NCBI RefSeq assembly: GCF_006345805.1
Contig: NC_043009.1
Span: 26,598,001-26,662,000 of the forward strand
Direction: 5' to 3'
Source of the DNA: Octopus sinensis
Lineage: Eukaryota
DNA length: 64,000 bases
Shown here one piece after another: positions 1 to 13,073 of the stretch. The notes under the pieces are model-generated. The model did not search any database. It saw nothing but the letters and a program-made list of their open reading frames with translations, and was not told the origin of the DNA. Position 1 is the first letter of the stretch. Every line of letters begins with the position of its first letter. Both the position numbers and the translations under genes were made by a program.

Positions 1-5
1 TTTAA

Positions 6-10
<5 letters not shown>

Positions 11-78
<68 letters not shown>

Positions 79-177
79 GTATGTGTGTGTATGTACTTAT
101 ATGAATATATGTGTACGTATAATATATACATATATACATTTATGTCTGTATGTGTGTCTATCTGTCCATCTGTTAGC

Positions 178-276
<99 letters not shown>

Positions 277-277
277 C
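11..277. repeat. (AT)n followed by (ATCT)n microsatellites
   Basis: Directly visible: (AT)n at ~11-78 and (ATCT)n at ~179-277. These explain ORFs 77..289 and 85..285. Confidence 0.95.
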
Positions 278-320
278 CAAGCTAGCTAGCTAGCTTGCAA
301 TGTGCGCATGTCTCTGTAAA

Positions 321-2025
321 AAAAATTAGTAAACTATCAAAGACTATCAGGCAAAAATTCTGGGTCATCAATTAGAATTAAAGGGGGATCAGCTAAGAAG
401 CGTTTAGAAAATTGGTCAACCCATTTAAAAAACCTCCTTGGGAAGAATGCCAAAATCCCTGATAACCCCACTCTTCCAAGTGTGCCTATATCAGACATGC
501 TGGACATCAACACCTCCCCTTTTACCATATTTGAACTAACAGCAGCCACCAAGCAACTAAAAGCCTCGAAAGCATTTGGTCCCGACAACATCCCAGCTGT
601 AATTTGGAAGGATGATAGATTTCACACACTTTTGCTCAACCTCTGCAACCACACACTTTCCACCTTTGTCGCTCCAAAGATTTGGCACCAATCTCAAATT
701 CCAGTACCCAAAAAAGGCGATTTATCCCTCGTCACCAACTACAGGGGCATATCTCTAATGTCAATTGCTGCAAAACTGTACAACAAACTGATCTTAAATC
801 GTCTTGTCATTTTTGTTGAACCTTTGCTCCGAAAGAACCAAAATGGATTCAGACATGGGCGCTCAACGCTGAGCCAGATACTATGCCTACGCAGACTTAT
901 TGAAGAATCAAAAGCATTTAATCGCGATCTTGCAATGGTATTTGTAGACTTTTCTAAAGCGTTCGATTCTGTAGATAGGTACAAGATGTTTGAAATCCTT
1001 AAGCTCTATTGGATACCCAACAAATCATTTCTGCCATCAAGGTCCTCTACACAGATACGTCTTCAACCATCTTAACCCCTGACGGAGAAACATCATCTTT
1101 CTCAATCAAAGCCGGAATACTGCAGGGAGACACACTCGCCCCATTTCTTTTCATCATTGTTGTTGATTATGTGCTACGTATGTCATTTGATACCATCTCT
1201 GCAAGGGCTTTGAAATAAAAACCAGAAGTTCCAGACACCCAGCTGAATACTTGACAGACACTGACTTTGCTGACGACATCGCTCTTATCAGTGATTCCTC
1301 TCCAATGCCCAGTCTCTTTTACAATCTCTTGAACAAGCCTCAATTGTGTAGGTCTTTACCTCAATGAGGCCAAAACTGAATACATAAACAAGTGCCTGTC
1401 CAACAGTGATTGCATCATCCATACTCTCAACAATGCGCCCTTAAATATGGTTTCTGATTATAAATCTTGGGTCATACATATCATCATCTGGAAAAGACTT
1501 TCTAACTAGAAAGGGTATGGCCTGGTCAGCCTGTAATGACATGCATAAGATCTGGTTATCAAATCTAAGTAGAGACTTCAAACTTGAAATCTTCAAAGCC
1601 ACAATCGAACCAATTCTACTATATGGCTCAGAAACCTGGACGTTATCAAAGAAGCTTGAGAGGCGGTTGGATGGAACCTACACTCGCCTCCTTATGAGAG
1701 CTCAAAATCTCTCGTGGAAGCGCCATCCAACCAAAATGCAAATATATGGGAAACTACCACATGTGTCATCTCTTGTGAAAGGTAGGAGAGTCCAGTTTGC
1801 TGGACATTGTTGTAGAGCTGAAAAAGAAGTAATTTCTACTCTTCTCCACTGGAAGCCATCTACTCGCAATACCAGAAGGCGCACACTCTCCTACCCTGAT
1901 GTAATCTCTAGGGATACAGGCATCCAGCAACAGGACCTCCGTAATGCCATGATGGACCGTGAAGTCTGGCGTAGCATGGTAAATTCCATTGTCTCGACCA
2001 CGGTCGAACAATGATGATGATGATG
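321..2025 (+). mobile_element. 5'-truncated RTE-clade non-LTR retrotransposon; frameshifted reverse transcriptase pseudogene
   Basis: RT motifs spread over broken frames: GPDNIP, NYRGISL, QNGFR, FVDFSKAFDSV (482-1075), LQGDTLAP (~1120-1143), DFADD (1263-1277), LLYGSETW (1517-2014). (TGA)n tail at 2012-2025. 13-bp TSD ATGTCTCTGTAAA at 308-320 and 2026-2038. Confidence 0.95.
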
Positions 2026-2231
2026 ATGTCTCTGTAAATTTAAAATTAATTACATTTGTTTCAAAGCGAAAACTTCGTTTGTGGTGATCGGTGGGTTGTA
2101 TCAAGTCATAAGGAATGTGAACGTAACTAAATATCACGCTGGACCTTAATCTACTCCTACCAACCCATTTAGCGGCCAGCATACAAGAATACAACACATA
2201 CATAAGTAATATTCAGTATGCATAATTCCAG

Positions 2232-2294
2232 TACCATGCCTCTAATAAACCGGAATTCGTGAATCCTGATCACTTGGACAGTAGCCAGTACTTG
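2232..2294 (+). CDS. Candidate internal coding exon of gene A (YHASNKPEFVNPDHLDSSQYL)
   Basis: ttccag| acceptor, ttg|gtaaga donor, 63 nt, only phase 0 open. Its phase does not join directly to the next candidate exon. Confidence 0.35.
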
Positions 2295-2825
2295 GTAAGA
2301 AAATCTTCATAGCGTTCGCTTGATCAGATAAACCTTCGTGTCAACTAGACATACTTTTATTCCTTCGCTCCACGAGCTTGTAAATTTTAAAACTGATAGC
2401 TTATCATAATAATGAAGAGAACAAAATAACAAAAGTCAACAAGAACAATAATAACAACAGACAAACTAGACTGTTCCTATGTCGTGTCTGTTTTCACGTT
2501 ACGTTTGTCGCTAATCTTGCACATGACCAAGTTGAACTGTTTTATTATTGGCTAACATGTAAATGATAGTGCAGCAGGTTGCCAATTATTGAGACACGAG
2601 ACGGTTTTACTTCCTCGACAATATATTGATTAGTTCTCAACTAATAATACCTATTACATCTCGACAGGGGTGATTTTTTCTTTCTCTCGTTTTCTATCCA
2701 GTTCTCTGCTTGTCTTTCGGTCTGTCTGTTTGTCTCTATTACCCTCTCTCTCAATTTTTCTCTCTGCCTTTCTTGCTCTCTCGCTTTCTCTCTCTCTCTC
2801 ATTCCCTCCACTCTCTCTAATACAG

Positions 2826-2868
2826 TAAATTCAAGGTCTTTCTATTTCATCTCGTTAGCAGAGGAAAG
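2826..2868 (+). CDS. Candidate penultimate coding exon of gene A ([14 protein letters not shown])
   Basis: Long CT tract ending aatacag|, donor aag|gtaaga. Phase 2 to 0 matches the phase-0 terminal exon at 9913. Confidence 0.5.
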
Positions 2869-2914
2869 GTAAGAAAAAGAGACATATTTATATATATACA
2901 CACACAGTACATAC

Positions 2915-2980
<66 letters not shown>

Positions 2981-3040
2981 GAATGAGTGTGGATATATAT
3001 GCATACATATGCATACACACAGGCATATATATACTCACTC

Positions 3041-3255
3041 GGCGGCGAGCTGGTAGAAACGTTAGCACGCCGGGCGAAATTCGTCTGTCGTTACGTTCCG
3101 AGTTCAAATTCCGCCGAGGTCGACTTTGCCTTTCATCCTTTCGGGGTCGATAAATTAAGTACCAGTTACGCACTGGGGTCGATGTAGTCGACTTAATCCC
3201 TTTGTCTGTCCTTGTTTGTCCCCTCTGTGTTTAGCCCCTTGTGGCCAGTAAAGAA
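3041..3255 (+). mobile_element. tRNA-derived SINE, family 1 (GGCGGCGAGCTGGCAGAA head), solo copy
   Basis: Pol III A-box-like head, B box GAGTTCAAATTCC, and the core shared with many copies in the window. Confidence 0.9.
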
Positions 3256-3385
3256 ATATATATATACTCACTCCCACATATATATGTATAAGTATACAAA
3301 TGTGTATACATACGCATATCATACACATATACTGCATGTACATATGCAAATACATATTTGTACCGCAAGTTACACACACACACGC

Positions 3386-3429
<44 letters not shown>

Positions 3430-3734
3430 CTGTACACACTCAGACATAGACACACAAATTGCCTACATATACCCAAAATGATTCATAACTTTGGAGTAAT
3501 TAATAGAAAAATACGATGTCTATTTCAATTCTGAGAAATAATTGCTGATTAATTAATGTCCAATTATTATCTACCACTAAACGACTTTTTAAATCCCCCC
3601 CCCCCACTCTCTCTAAAAACAGTCATTTAATGCAATCACACATGTTTCTATACTGCCACAGTACTATGTGGTTGTAATATTGAACCACATCTATTTCACA
3701 TGTTAGTGGATACTCGAAGAAGAAAAAAAATGCG

Positions 3735-3960
3735 TTCTTTTTAAAGCTTAGCCAGGCTCATGGGCCCAGTTTCCCGGTTTCTGTGGCGTATGTGTTCCCA
3801 AGCCGGACGGGACTCATTTTTGCCAGCTGAGTGGACTGGAGCAACGTGAAATGAAGTGTTTTGCTCAAGAACACAACGCGTCGCCCGGTCCAGGAATCGA
3901 AACCATAATCTTACGATCATGGTACTGACACCCTAACCACTAAGCCACGCGCCTCCACGA
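3735..3960 (-). mobile_element. tRNA-derived SINE, family 3 variant
   Basis: Reverse complement of the tRNA-like head plus the CACTTCATTTCACGTTGCTCCAGTCCACTCAGC module. Related copies at 4400-4740, 14822-15130, 16970-17133 and 31470-31735 (all minus). Confidence 0.8.
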
Positions 3961-5089
3961 AGACAAAGCATACATTACAGAAATTGTCTCGAGAGAAAGT
4001 TTCTCCTCATAGACATTAGTCTATAAATGACGTCACCTGAACGTGAGGCGCATGTGTTTCTGCGTCATTGCATGTCTTCATTTACGGATCACGAGTCGTC
4101 TTTCGTAGCCACTTGTTCTCATATTTGGACAACAAATGTTACATTTGTTGATGCACAGAAAGCTTTGTTAAGCTGGAATTAATTAATTAGAAGGTACTAA
4201 GCAACACTGAACGAAATATAGCCGTGTACAATCGTATTTAAGATGTTCGTGTATAGTCGGACATAGAAAAACTCTAAACATCTTATTCCGCCAATAATGT
4301 ACCCCTTAAATGTACCTATTTCCTTGTGAGTTCACAATTCTCTGAAGAAGTGGCTACTGCTTAGGTTAAGAACCACCGAAGTAGATAAGTGTTACATGGG
4401 CGGAATGAGTAACTGGTACTCCGTCAGTCGCGACGACGAGTGTTCCAATCGATCCAATCAAAAGGATAATCTGCTTGTGAAATTAACGTGCAAATGGATA
4501 AGTACCCCACAGACACGCGTAACCCTTCTCGTAGTTCTCAGGGAGATTCAGCGTGACATGGTATGTAACAAGGCTGGCCCATTAAATTACAGGTACTACT
4601 CATTTTTGCCAGCTGAGTGTATTGGAGTGACGGGAAATAAAGAGCCTTGCTGAAGGACGACACAACACAGTCTGGAATCGAACTCACGGCCTTATGGTCA
4701 AGAGCTGACTACTCTAATCACTTAGTCACACGCTTTCACATAGTTGAATGAGTAACTGTTCACAAGAATAGATCAACAGATGAAGACGTTTTGTAGGTTT
4801 GACAGATGATGTTAGATTCGATCCCTTGATAGTTGATCCCGATGTTTGAGGTTTGTGGCTCAGACAGTATCTCATTTACAATGTCTTCTTTATGCTCTGG
4901 AAGGAAATAAAGCTGGAAGCTTGGAAGCATTTAAGAGAGTTTATTAAAAGGATTATCGCACATTGAAGTCCAGACGTTAATGTCGCAAATGACGAGACTG
5001 TGTTCAGAAGAAGAAAGGAATTATAAAATATTTGTGATGGGAGAGAAGCCTGTGAAGGATGCAGAAAAACAGTTGACTGGCTTTGTTCT

Positions 5090-5304
5090 AAGACATAGAT
5101 AGGTAGATAGATAGATAGGTAGATAGGTAGGTAGGTAGATAGATAAAGAGAAAGATACATAGAGGGATAGATACACAGAGAGATAAATAGATAAATAGAT
5201 GAGATAGATAGATAGATAGATAGAGAGAGATAGATAGATGGATAGATAAACAGATAGCTAAAGAAATAGATAGATGGAGAGATAGAGAGATAGAGAGATA
5301 AAGG

Positions 5305-5358
<54 letters not shown>

Positions 5359-5480
5359 CAGACAGGCAGACAGACGGACAGACGGATGGATGGATGGATG
5401 CAGAAAGATAGACAGATAGATGGATGCAGAAAAGTAGATTGGTGGATAGAGAGAGAGAGAAAGAAAGAGAGAGAGAGAGA

Positions 5481-5513
<33 letters not shown>

Positions 5514-5960
5514 TGAGAAAGGGAGAGAGAGAAAGCGGGAGAGAGATGGGGAGAAGTACACATAGAGAAGAGGAAAGGAGGGAGAAAGAGAGCGGGAGAG
5601 AGTGGAATACGGGAGGGTTGCAGAGTGCGATAAAAGTATCTTGAAGATACTACGTAGCAGTTGGTTGGCTTTGCTTTTTGAGAGAGAGAGAGTGGGAAAG
5701 AGAGAGCCGAGAGAGAGAGAGCCGAGAGAGAGAGAGAGAGAGGGGGGAGGGGAAGAGAGAGAAAGAAAAGAAAGAGGCTAATGTGAGAGGGTATAATGAG
5801 GGAGTAGACAGTAGAGTAGAGATAGGCAGATAATGGGAGATAGGTAGAGAGTAGAAAGAGAGTGAAAAACGAGAGCGGAGGAAAGGGATAGAGAAAAAAT
5901 GAGAAAAAGACAGAGATAGAGAAGCATAATGAGGATGTTGAGCGAAAAGGAAGAGTGTCA
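5090..5960. repeat. (GATA)n/(GACA)n grading into a (GA)n purine-rich tract
   Basis: Directly visible. Explains ORFs 5088..5561 and 5258..6034. Confidence 0.9.
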
Positions 5961-6339
5961 GGATCAGAGCCTCCTTTTTTTTTTCTATCGAACCATCTGT
6001 TCATGCCATAGTTTGTCTTCAATGAAATAAACAAACAAATAAAGACCTTACCAAGAGTTTACAAAGAGCTCAATAAAACGCTAATCCCGGATTAAAATTC
6101 TAATCTGAAACACATGTTACTGATTGGGGCTTCTTTGGGAATATATATCAGGGGAAAAGATCTTCCATAGATTTTGTCCTTATATAAATAATGGTTTGCG
6201 ATTAAGACACAAAGCTAGCAATTCTGAGTGGGGTGGGGGTAGGTCGATGATATCTTGACGATAACGGGATTTGAACTCAGAACGTAAATAAATAATGTTT
6301 CTCGTTGAGACAATAACAACAACAACAACAATAATAATT

Positions 6340-6432
6340 GTTCTCATGGCCTACAGTACGTTTCTCTGCCCTAGGTGTCTGGAAGACACACGACAAGAAA
6401 TGGAAACAGAATTGAAAGAAGCTGCTAATGAA

Positions 6433-6503
<71 letters not shown>
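6340..6503 (+). mobile_element. Short 3' stub of an (AAT)n-tailed non-LTR element
   Basis: About 90 bp of unique sequence containing CCCTAGG, set between (AAC/AAT)n and a long (AAT)n at 6432-6503. Same layout as the 3' end of the R4/Dong-like copy at 29186-29682. Confidence 0.45.
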
Positions 6504-6504
<1 letters not shown>

Positions 6505-6506
<2 letters not shown>

Positions 6507-6711
6507 TTTTGGCACAAAGCCTCCAATCTCGAGGGAGAGGAAAAGTCGATTACATCGACCCCAGTACTCAACTGGTATTTCATTTTATCGACCTCGAGAG
6601 TATGAAAGGCAAAGTCAACCTCGCCGGAATTTGAACTCAGAACGCGAAGACGGACGAAATGCCGCTAAGCATTTTGCCCGGCCTGCTAACGATTCTGCCA
6701 GCCCACCGCCT

Positions 6712-6775
<64 letters not shown>

Positions 6776-7070
6776 GTACTACTTTCTAATTTTGGTACAA
6801 GGACAGCAATTTTGAGGGCCGGGGCTAAAGTCGATATCTTCGCTCCTAGTATTTGACTGGACATTATCGGCCCGGAAAGAACCAAAGGCAAATTTCACCC
6901 CGGCGGGAATTGAACTCGGAATATAAATATAAAAATGGCTTCTGTTTTACTAGTTTAGGCACAAGACCAGCAAATTTGACGGGAGGCGGTAATTCGATTA
7001 TATCGACCCCAGTACATGACTGGTATTTTATTTTAACGATCCTGAAAGGATTAAAGGCGAAGTTAATCTA
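6505..7070 (-). mobile_element. Cluster of family 1 SINE copies or fragments interleaved with (ACT)n
   Basis: Reverse-strand core (…GTCAACCTCGCCGGAATTTGAACTCAGAACG…) at 6505-6712, with partial copies at ~6790-6920 and ~6950-7070. Confidence 0.8.
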
Positions 7071-7306
7071 TCTTTATTAGTTGCTTTTCTCTGCTAATCT
7101 ATTTGGTGTGTGTGTATGTTCTCGTGTATATATGTATGCGCGTGTGTATGTTCTTGTACGTGATTGTCTGTATGTGTATGTCTATATTTATGTGCGCTTG
7201 AGTACGTGCTTGTGTATATGTGTATGTGAATGTGTGTATGCGATTGTATATGATTTTGTGTACATGTGTATGTGCATGTGTGTCCGTTCTTGTGTATATA
7301 TGTATG

Positions 7307-7686
7307 GGAGGCGCAATGGCCCAGTGGTTAGGGCAGCGGACTCGCGGTCGTAGGATCGCGGTTTTGATTCCCAGACCGGGCGTTGTGAGTGTTTATTGAG
7401 CGAAAACACCTAAAGCTCCACGAGGCTCCGGCAGGGATGGTGGTGATCCCTGCTGTACTCTTTCACCACAACTTTCTCTCACTCTTACTTCCTGTTTCTG
7501 TTGTACCTGTATTTCAAAGGGCCGGTCTTGTCACTCTCTGTGTCACGCTGAATATCCCCGAGAACTACGTTAAGGGTACACGTGTCTGTGGAGTGCTCAG
7601 CCACTTACACGTTAATTTCACGAGCAGGCTTTTCCGTTGATCGGATCAACCGGAACCCTCGTCGTCGTAACCGACGGAGTGCTTCC
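7307..7686 (+). mobile_element. Full-length tRNA(Arg-like)-derived SINE, family 3
   Basis: Head GGAGGCGCAATGGCCCAGTGGTTAGGGCAGCGGACTCGCGG with B-box-like GGTTTTGATTCCC. Candidate 11-bp TSD ATATATGTATG at 7296-7306 and 7687-7697. Other plus copies at 34910-35190 and 45462-45690. Confidence 0.9.
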
Positions 7687-7925
7687 ATATATGTATGCGT
7701 GTGTGTATGTTCTTGTATATATGTGTATGCGCATATATATGTTTTTGTGTATATGCGTATGCGCGTGTGTATGTACTTGTGTATATGTGTATGCGCGTAT
7801 ATATGTTTTTGTGTATATGCGTATGCGCGTGTGTATGTACTTGTGTATATGTGTATGCGCGTATATATGTTTTTGTGTATATGCGTATGCGCGTGTGTAT
7901 GTTCTTGTGCATATGTGTATGTGCA
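7687..7925. repeat. 64-bp minisatellite (~3.5 units) built from TA/TG repeats
   Basis: GTTTTTGTGTATATGCG recurs at 7741, 7805 and 7869. Confidence 0.9.
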
Positions 7926-8239
7926 TATTATTGTCAACAACAGAGTTTTGTTGGTCTTAAAATATATATGTATCTTTAAATGAAAATGGATCGTGTTTTA
8001 AGATGGAAATTTGAAAATTAATAGGAATGAGAAGAAAAAAAACAAAACAAAAAGCAACAACAACTTATATTAGTGTTTTTTATTTGAAGGTCATGTGGGG
8101 TAATTGATTTTTGTAAGTGTAACTGCAAATGTGTGTGTGTGTATGTGTGTGTGTGTGTACGTACTGGGGGTGATTGATGTATATAATGTATGTATTGCTG
8201 TATATATATGTGTGTCTGTACACATACACATACATATCA

Positions 8240-8279
<40 letters not shown>

Positions 8280-8650
8280 TTACTCTTTTACTTGTTTCAG
8301 ACATTTGACTGTGGCCACGCTGGAGCACCGCTTTTAGTTGAGCAAATCGACCCCAGGACTTATTCTTTGGAACCTAGTACTTCTATCGGTCTCTTTTGCC
8401 GAACCGCTAAGTTACGGGGACGTAAACACACCACCATCGGTTGTGAAGCGAAGTTGGGGGACAAACACAGACACACAAACATATACACGCACACATACAC
8501 ACATATATATATATATACATATATACCACGGGCTTCTTTCAGTGTCCGTCTACCAAATCCACTCACGAGTCTTTGGTCGACCCGAGGCTTCAGTAGAAGA
8601 CACTTGCCCGAGGTGCCATGCAGTGGGACAGAACCCGGAACCATGTTGTT
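8280..8650 (-). mobile_element. tRNA-derived SINE, family 2 (GGAGTGGCTGTGTGG head)
   Basis: Reverse complement of the family 2 body and tail. Other copies at 33520-33985(-), 34470-34890(+), 41170-41580(-), 43601-43948(+), 49540-49830(-), 55885-56245(+) and 61670-61965(-). Confidence 0.88.
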
Positions 8651-8980
8651 CGCATCTATCTTTTTTTTTCCCAACCCCTTTTGATTGGAATTTTACTTTT
8701 TTTTTCTCCTTTTTTTACCTTTAACTTTTTCATTTTCGAAAAGAAAAGCTCTACATTTAAAGTTGTCCCTTCTGTGTTCAGCCCCGTGTGGCCAATAAAG
8801 AAAGTTCTCTCTCTCTCTCTCTCTGGATTTACAATATAGAATGGTGATGAACTATAACCTCGGATCTTATCTCAAGAGAACTTTACTAATCTAAACAATA
8901 TTGTTACATTGTAAGCTTGTTGTACTAACAGAGAGCTTAGAAAGTGTTTTGTTTGGATTGATAATCCATCACTAATAATT

Positions 8981-9023
<43 letters not shown>

Positions 9024-9912
9024 CACACGACGGGTTTCTTTCAGTTTCCGTCTACCAAATCCATTCACAAGGCTGTGGTCGGCCCGAGGCTATAGTAGAA
9101 GATACTTGCCCAAGTTACCATGAAGTGGGACTGAACTCGGAACCATGTGGTTGGGAAGCAAGCTTTTTACCATACAGTAACGCCTGCATGCATGCATATA
9201 TATATACACGCGCACACACACATGTACACACATATCAGCGTCCTTTTGCGTATGTGTTCATGCGATTATGTGCGCTTAAATACATAAATATTCATCGTAT
9301 ATTTTATTGTGTGAGTGTGTGTGAATGTGTATGTGTGTGCTAATGTTGTTTGCTCGTGTGAATGAAATGTCGAACTTAAACATATTTTCTCACTTTCTAA
9401 CTCTTACTCACAGTTTTCATTTTTGCTTTATTATTTTAATCTCTCTTAACATCCTCTCCGTGTATCTGTCTTTCTCTTCTCCTCTTTCCTTAGGGCGATA
9501 TTATAACTCCCATTACGAGCGAGACTGCTTGCGTATGCGTGTATTGTATTACCATATTCCCGTGTGTATGTGTGTGTGATTACGCGCAAATGATGTGTGC
9601 GAACTCATGTTTGCATGTATGTAACAATAGCTGAACATAAAGGTTACTCTTAGTAAACATTATATATGATAGTTTTATGTTATTTTCCAAAGATTCTGCT
9701 TTCAATCATCTCTTCATCTCCCACTCCCCTACATCCTACTCTACTTCACCTCATACACCATTCTCGTTCACTAATTTCATTTCCAAGCTCTAGTTTCTTA
9801 TTCGCCATTTTGAAAACAAGAATTTTAGAAATAACAAACAATTTTCATGCACTAACATGAAGAAGAATTTTTGCTTACGTGTATTAAAATACAATTTTGC
9901 AGTTATTTATAG

Positions 9913-10038
9913 ATTCAGAAAGAAAGAGACTTAGATACATGTTTTAATCTGATGACAGCGGAATCGCTCACTAAACTGCAGATGACGAACAACAGGCTAC
10001 AGGAGGAAAATCTAAGCACAGGAAAGATGGCTTCCTAA
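9913..10038 (+). CDS. Candidate terminal coding exon of gene A (IQKERDLDTCFNLMTAESLTKLQMTNNRLQEENLSTGKMAS*)
   Basis: tttatag| acceptor, then 41 non-repetitive codons ending in TAA (10036-10038). AATAAA at 10166 and 10427. No family recognised. Confidence 0.55.
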   Translation: MQKERDLDTCFNLMTAESLTKLQMTNNRLQEENLSTGKMAS

Positions 10039-11760
10039 TAGTGTCAGCAAACATACTGATTTTAAAAGCTTCTTCCCACCCCATTCCGTAAAAACAACAA
10101 ACAAGCAAGAAAAATGAATGAAGGGGAATGATAAAGAAAAATAGGGTGAATAATTTTCAGCGAAAAATAAAACCAAATATTGATTCTTTATATATCTTAT
10201 TTTTTGCGTATTTCATTTTCTTTTCTTGTTGAAAACCAATTGTTATTTTAACATTATTGTTACAAATTTCTCTTGTGTGTACCAAGGTATTCAATGAATC
10301 AAGAATAATCACTGCAAAGAAACTCTGACTTTCTCTCTCTCCCTCCCACTGCCATTATAATCTACTACAGTTACCATCAAAAACACGATAATCACAGTAA
10401 CCACCACCACCACCACCACCACCTCAAATAAAGCTACTAAATCAACACTTCAAATAGGATCGTGTTATGGATCCTAGAAAGCAGAATGTTGATGATAATC
10501 GTAGTGTGTGTGCGTATTGATGTGGGTGTGTGTGTTTATTCTCTTGCGTATTGTTGTTAGTTGTCGCAAGTTAGCCTTAGTTAAGCTGACAAAAGTTAAA
10601 AAACATTCTAACCGTGATCAACACTTCTTTTTCTGGATCCTTTAATTTTGTTCCAACTGGTTTCAAAGTTGGTGTATTGATGTAGTTTTATATGCTAATT
10701 ATGGAAATGAAATTCATTTTTAACATAAATTAATAAATATAAAGTTAATAGCTTTAGAAGTTTGCAAAGCTTGAGTAATTTTAGCCAATATAACCTCAGA
10801 CATATTGATGCCTGTTTCCATAGCAACAAACCAAGCTGTTGTCTGTTTAAAACTGTTACATCCACTATGTACCTATATTCTGAACTTTCGTTTTTGAATT
10901 TTCGCTACAAGAACGAGAATTAATTGTTTACATGAACTGAACTATTGTTATAGAATAACGTACAGTTTATTATTTTTGCAATTTTTCGCAAAAAAATTTC
11001 ATTGAGGATTTTTCCTTTTTAAATTGTCTGCAAGCCAGTTCGAACGTTTGTTCTGCATTTTTTTTTATCAGGCAGAAAAACTAAATGATCTTTTTTGTTG
11101 CTGTCACAGTGTTTGAAATTTTAAGACCGTGTGAAAAATTCCAACTTTGGTATATTGATATAATTTTTCACGCTGAATTCGATTTTGTTATTCACATGTT
11201 CCACAAAAATTTTAGAAAAATGTTCACTAAAAAATATGTTACTAATTGTAGTCCCAAGTCATCCACTGGTCGGGTTGACCCTAAACGCCAATCCTAAATC
11301 CTAAGTTTAATCCTAAATCATAATCCTCACCCTAAGACTCAACTCTAAACCCTAACTTTAACCCTGGTGTTCCCCAAACTTTCGTTTCTGAATTTTCACT
11401 ATCAATTGTTTGAATAAAAAGAGTAGTATAATGTATAGTTTGTCTTTTTTTTGTAGTTATTTTCGCAAAATAAATTCATTCATGATTTTTCCTTTATATA
11501 ATATGCCTCTTTCAACGTTTCACATGGCTTTATTCATTTAAATTTATTAAAACTTCAAAACTTTTTACAACTTTCGTCGTCGTAATATATTGCTTTCATT
11601 TTGTTTAAGAGTTATCACGCAGAAAATGTCAGCTTCCAAATCCTGTTTTCTGGCTGGGTAAAAATAATCAAACTTTAAACTGCTGTGACATTTTTCTAAT
11701 TTCTTTTCTGTAACAAGTGAATAACATCAGATTCAACGTGAAAAATTACGTGAAAAATTA

Positions 11761-12086
11761 GTAGGGAAGCATTATAGCCATGTGTTGAGAGGAATTGGGG
11801 TTTAAATAATTCATCCTTGGAAACATGGTGTTTCGTTCATCATCCTTAAACAAACCTTATTCAGGGACATTTTGAGCAAGATGGGCTATTTATATGAAGA
11901 AAATTATAACAGATCCCCACCTGTAAGGTCATGCGATATTTATCTTGAAACCTCCATGTCACGCACACACGTTGTGATGCATGTGCCCAGTCTACCCTTA
12001 TCAGATTGGTAGTCTTGATGGGTACAATGGGCTTCGTATGTTTGTAGCTCTGTGTCCCTTTGATGGCATGCGCTGCTCTCTCACTC

Positions 12087-12137
<51 letters not shown>
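11761..12137 (+). mobile_element. Non-coding interspersed repeat with an (AAT)n tail
   Basis: Aligns by eye with the reverse complement of 21941-22300. Both copies end …CTCTCACTC followed by (AAT)n. Confidence 0.75.
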
Positions 12138-12370
12138 TATTATTATTATTATTATGGATTCAAATTTTTAGTGCAAGGCCAGCAGGTTCTGAGGAAGGAG
12201 GCTATTCGATTACATCGACCTCAGTGCTCAACCGGTACTTGTTTTACTGACCTGGAAAGGATGACAGGTAAAGAAAACCTCTGCGGAATTCGAACTCAGA
12301 ACGTAAAGACGGACGATTTTGCACAGTGTTAGCCGTTCTATTGGCTCGCCGTCTTATCATAATATTAATA

Positions 12371-12396
12371 ATAGTAGTAATAGTAGTAGTAGTAGT

Positions 12397-12460
<64 letters not shown>

Positions 12461-12698
12461 CCTCTTAGGGACAGGAAAGAGCACTTGGAAGATTATTAAA
12501 AGATTGTGGGTATCTAAGATTACAGGTAGTAACCTGCTACCCACATAAATTCTACCAGCAATAAGAACAAACCTGAGTCAAATCGACTACTACTACTACT
12601 ACTACTACTATAATTACTACTACTACTACTACTACTACTACAACAACAACAACAACAACAACTACTACTACTACTACTACAATACTACTACTACTACA

Positions 12699-12750
<52 letters not shown>

Positions 12751-12790
12751 ATAAAATAATAATAATAATAATGATAATAATAATTAATAA
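12371..12790. repeat. Compound trinucleotide microsatellites (AGT/AGC/ACT/ACA/AAT)
   Basis: Directly visible. Confidence 0.9.
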
Positions 12791-13023
12791 AACAAGAACA
12801 ATTAATAACAAGAACACGTTGTACTCTCGTTAGAGTTTCAATCCCCAGATTTGTCTCTGAAAGAGAGAGAGAGAGACAGAGAGAGAGATAGGAAGAAAAG
12901 TAGATAGATGCGGGGTGTGGATGCATTTCGTTTTGACGAATTCATTTGGTTTCAAAGAAATATGTCTTCCAGGCAAAACTCTGAGACAGTTTCTGCTGCG
13001 TTTTAGACAAGTTAACGAGATCC

Positions 13024-13073
<50 letters not shown>

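Noticed and set aside
4870-5080. Coding exon
   Set aside because: It contains in-frame stops and loosely resembles a decayed RTE RT C-terminus. Too weak to annotate.
7307-7380. tRNA-Arg-like gene
   Set aside because: It is the head of a multi-copy SINE that continues into a non-tRNA body and has no complete acceptor stem or terminator.
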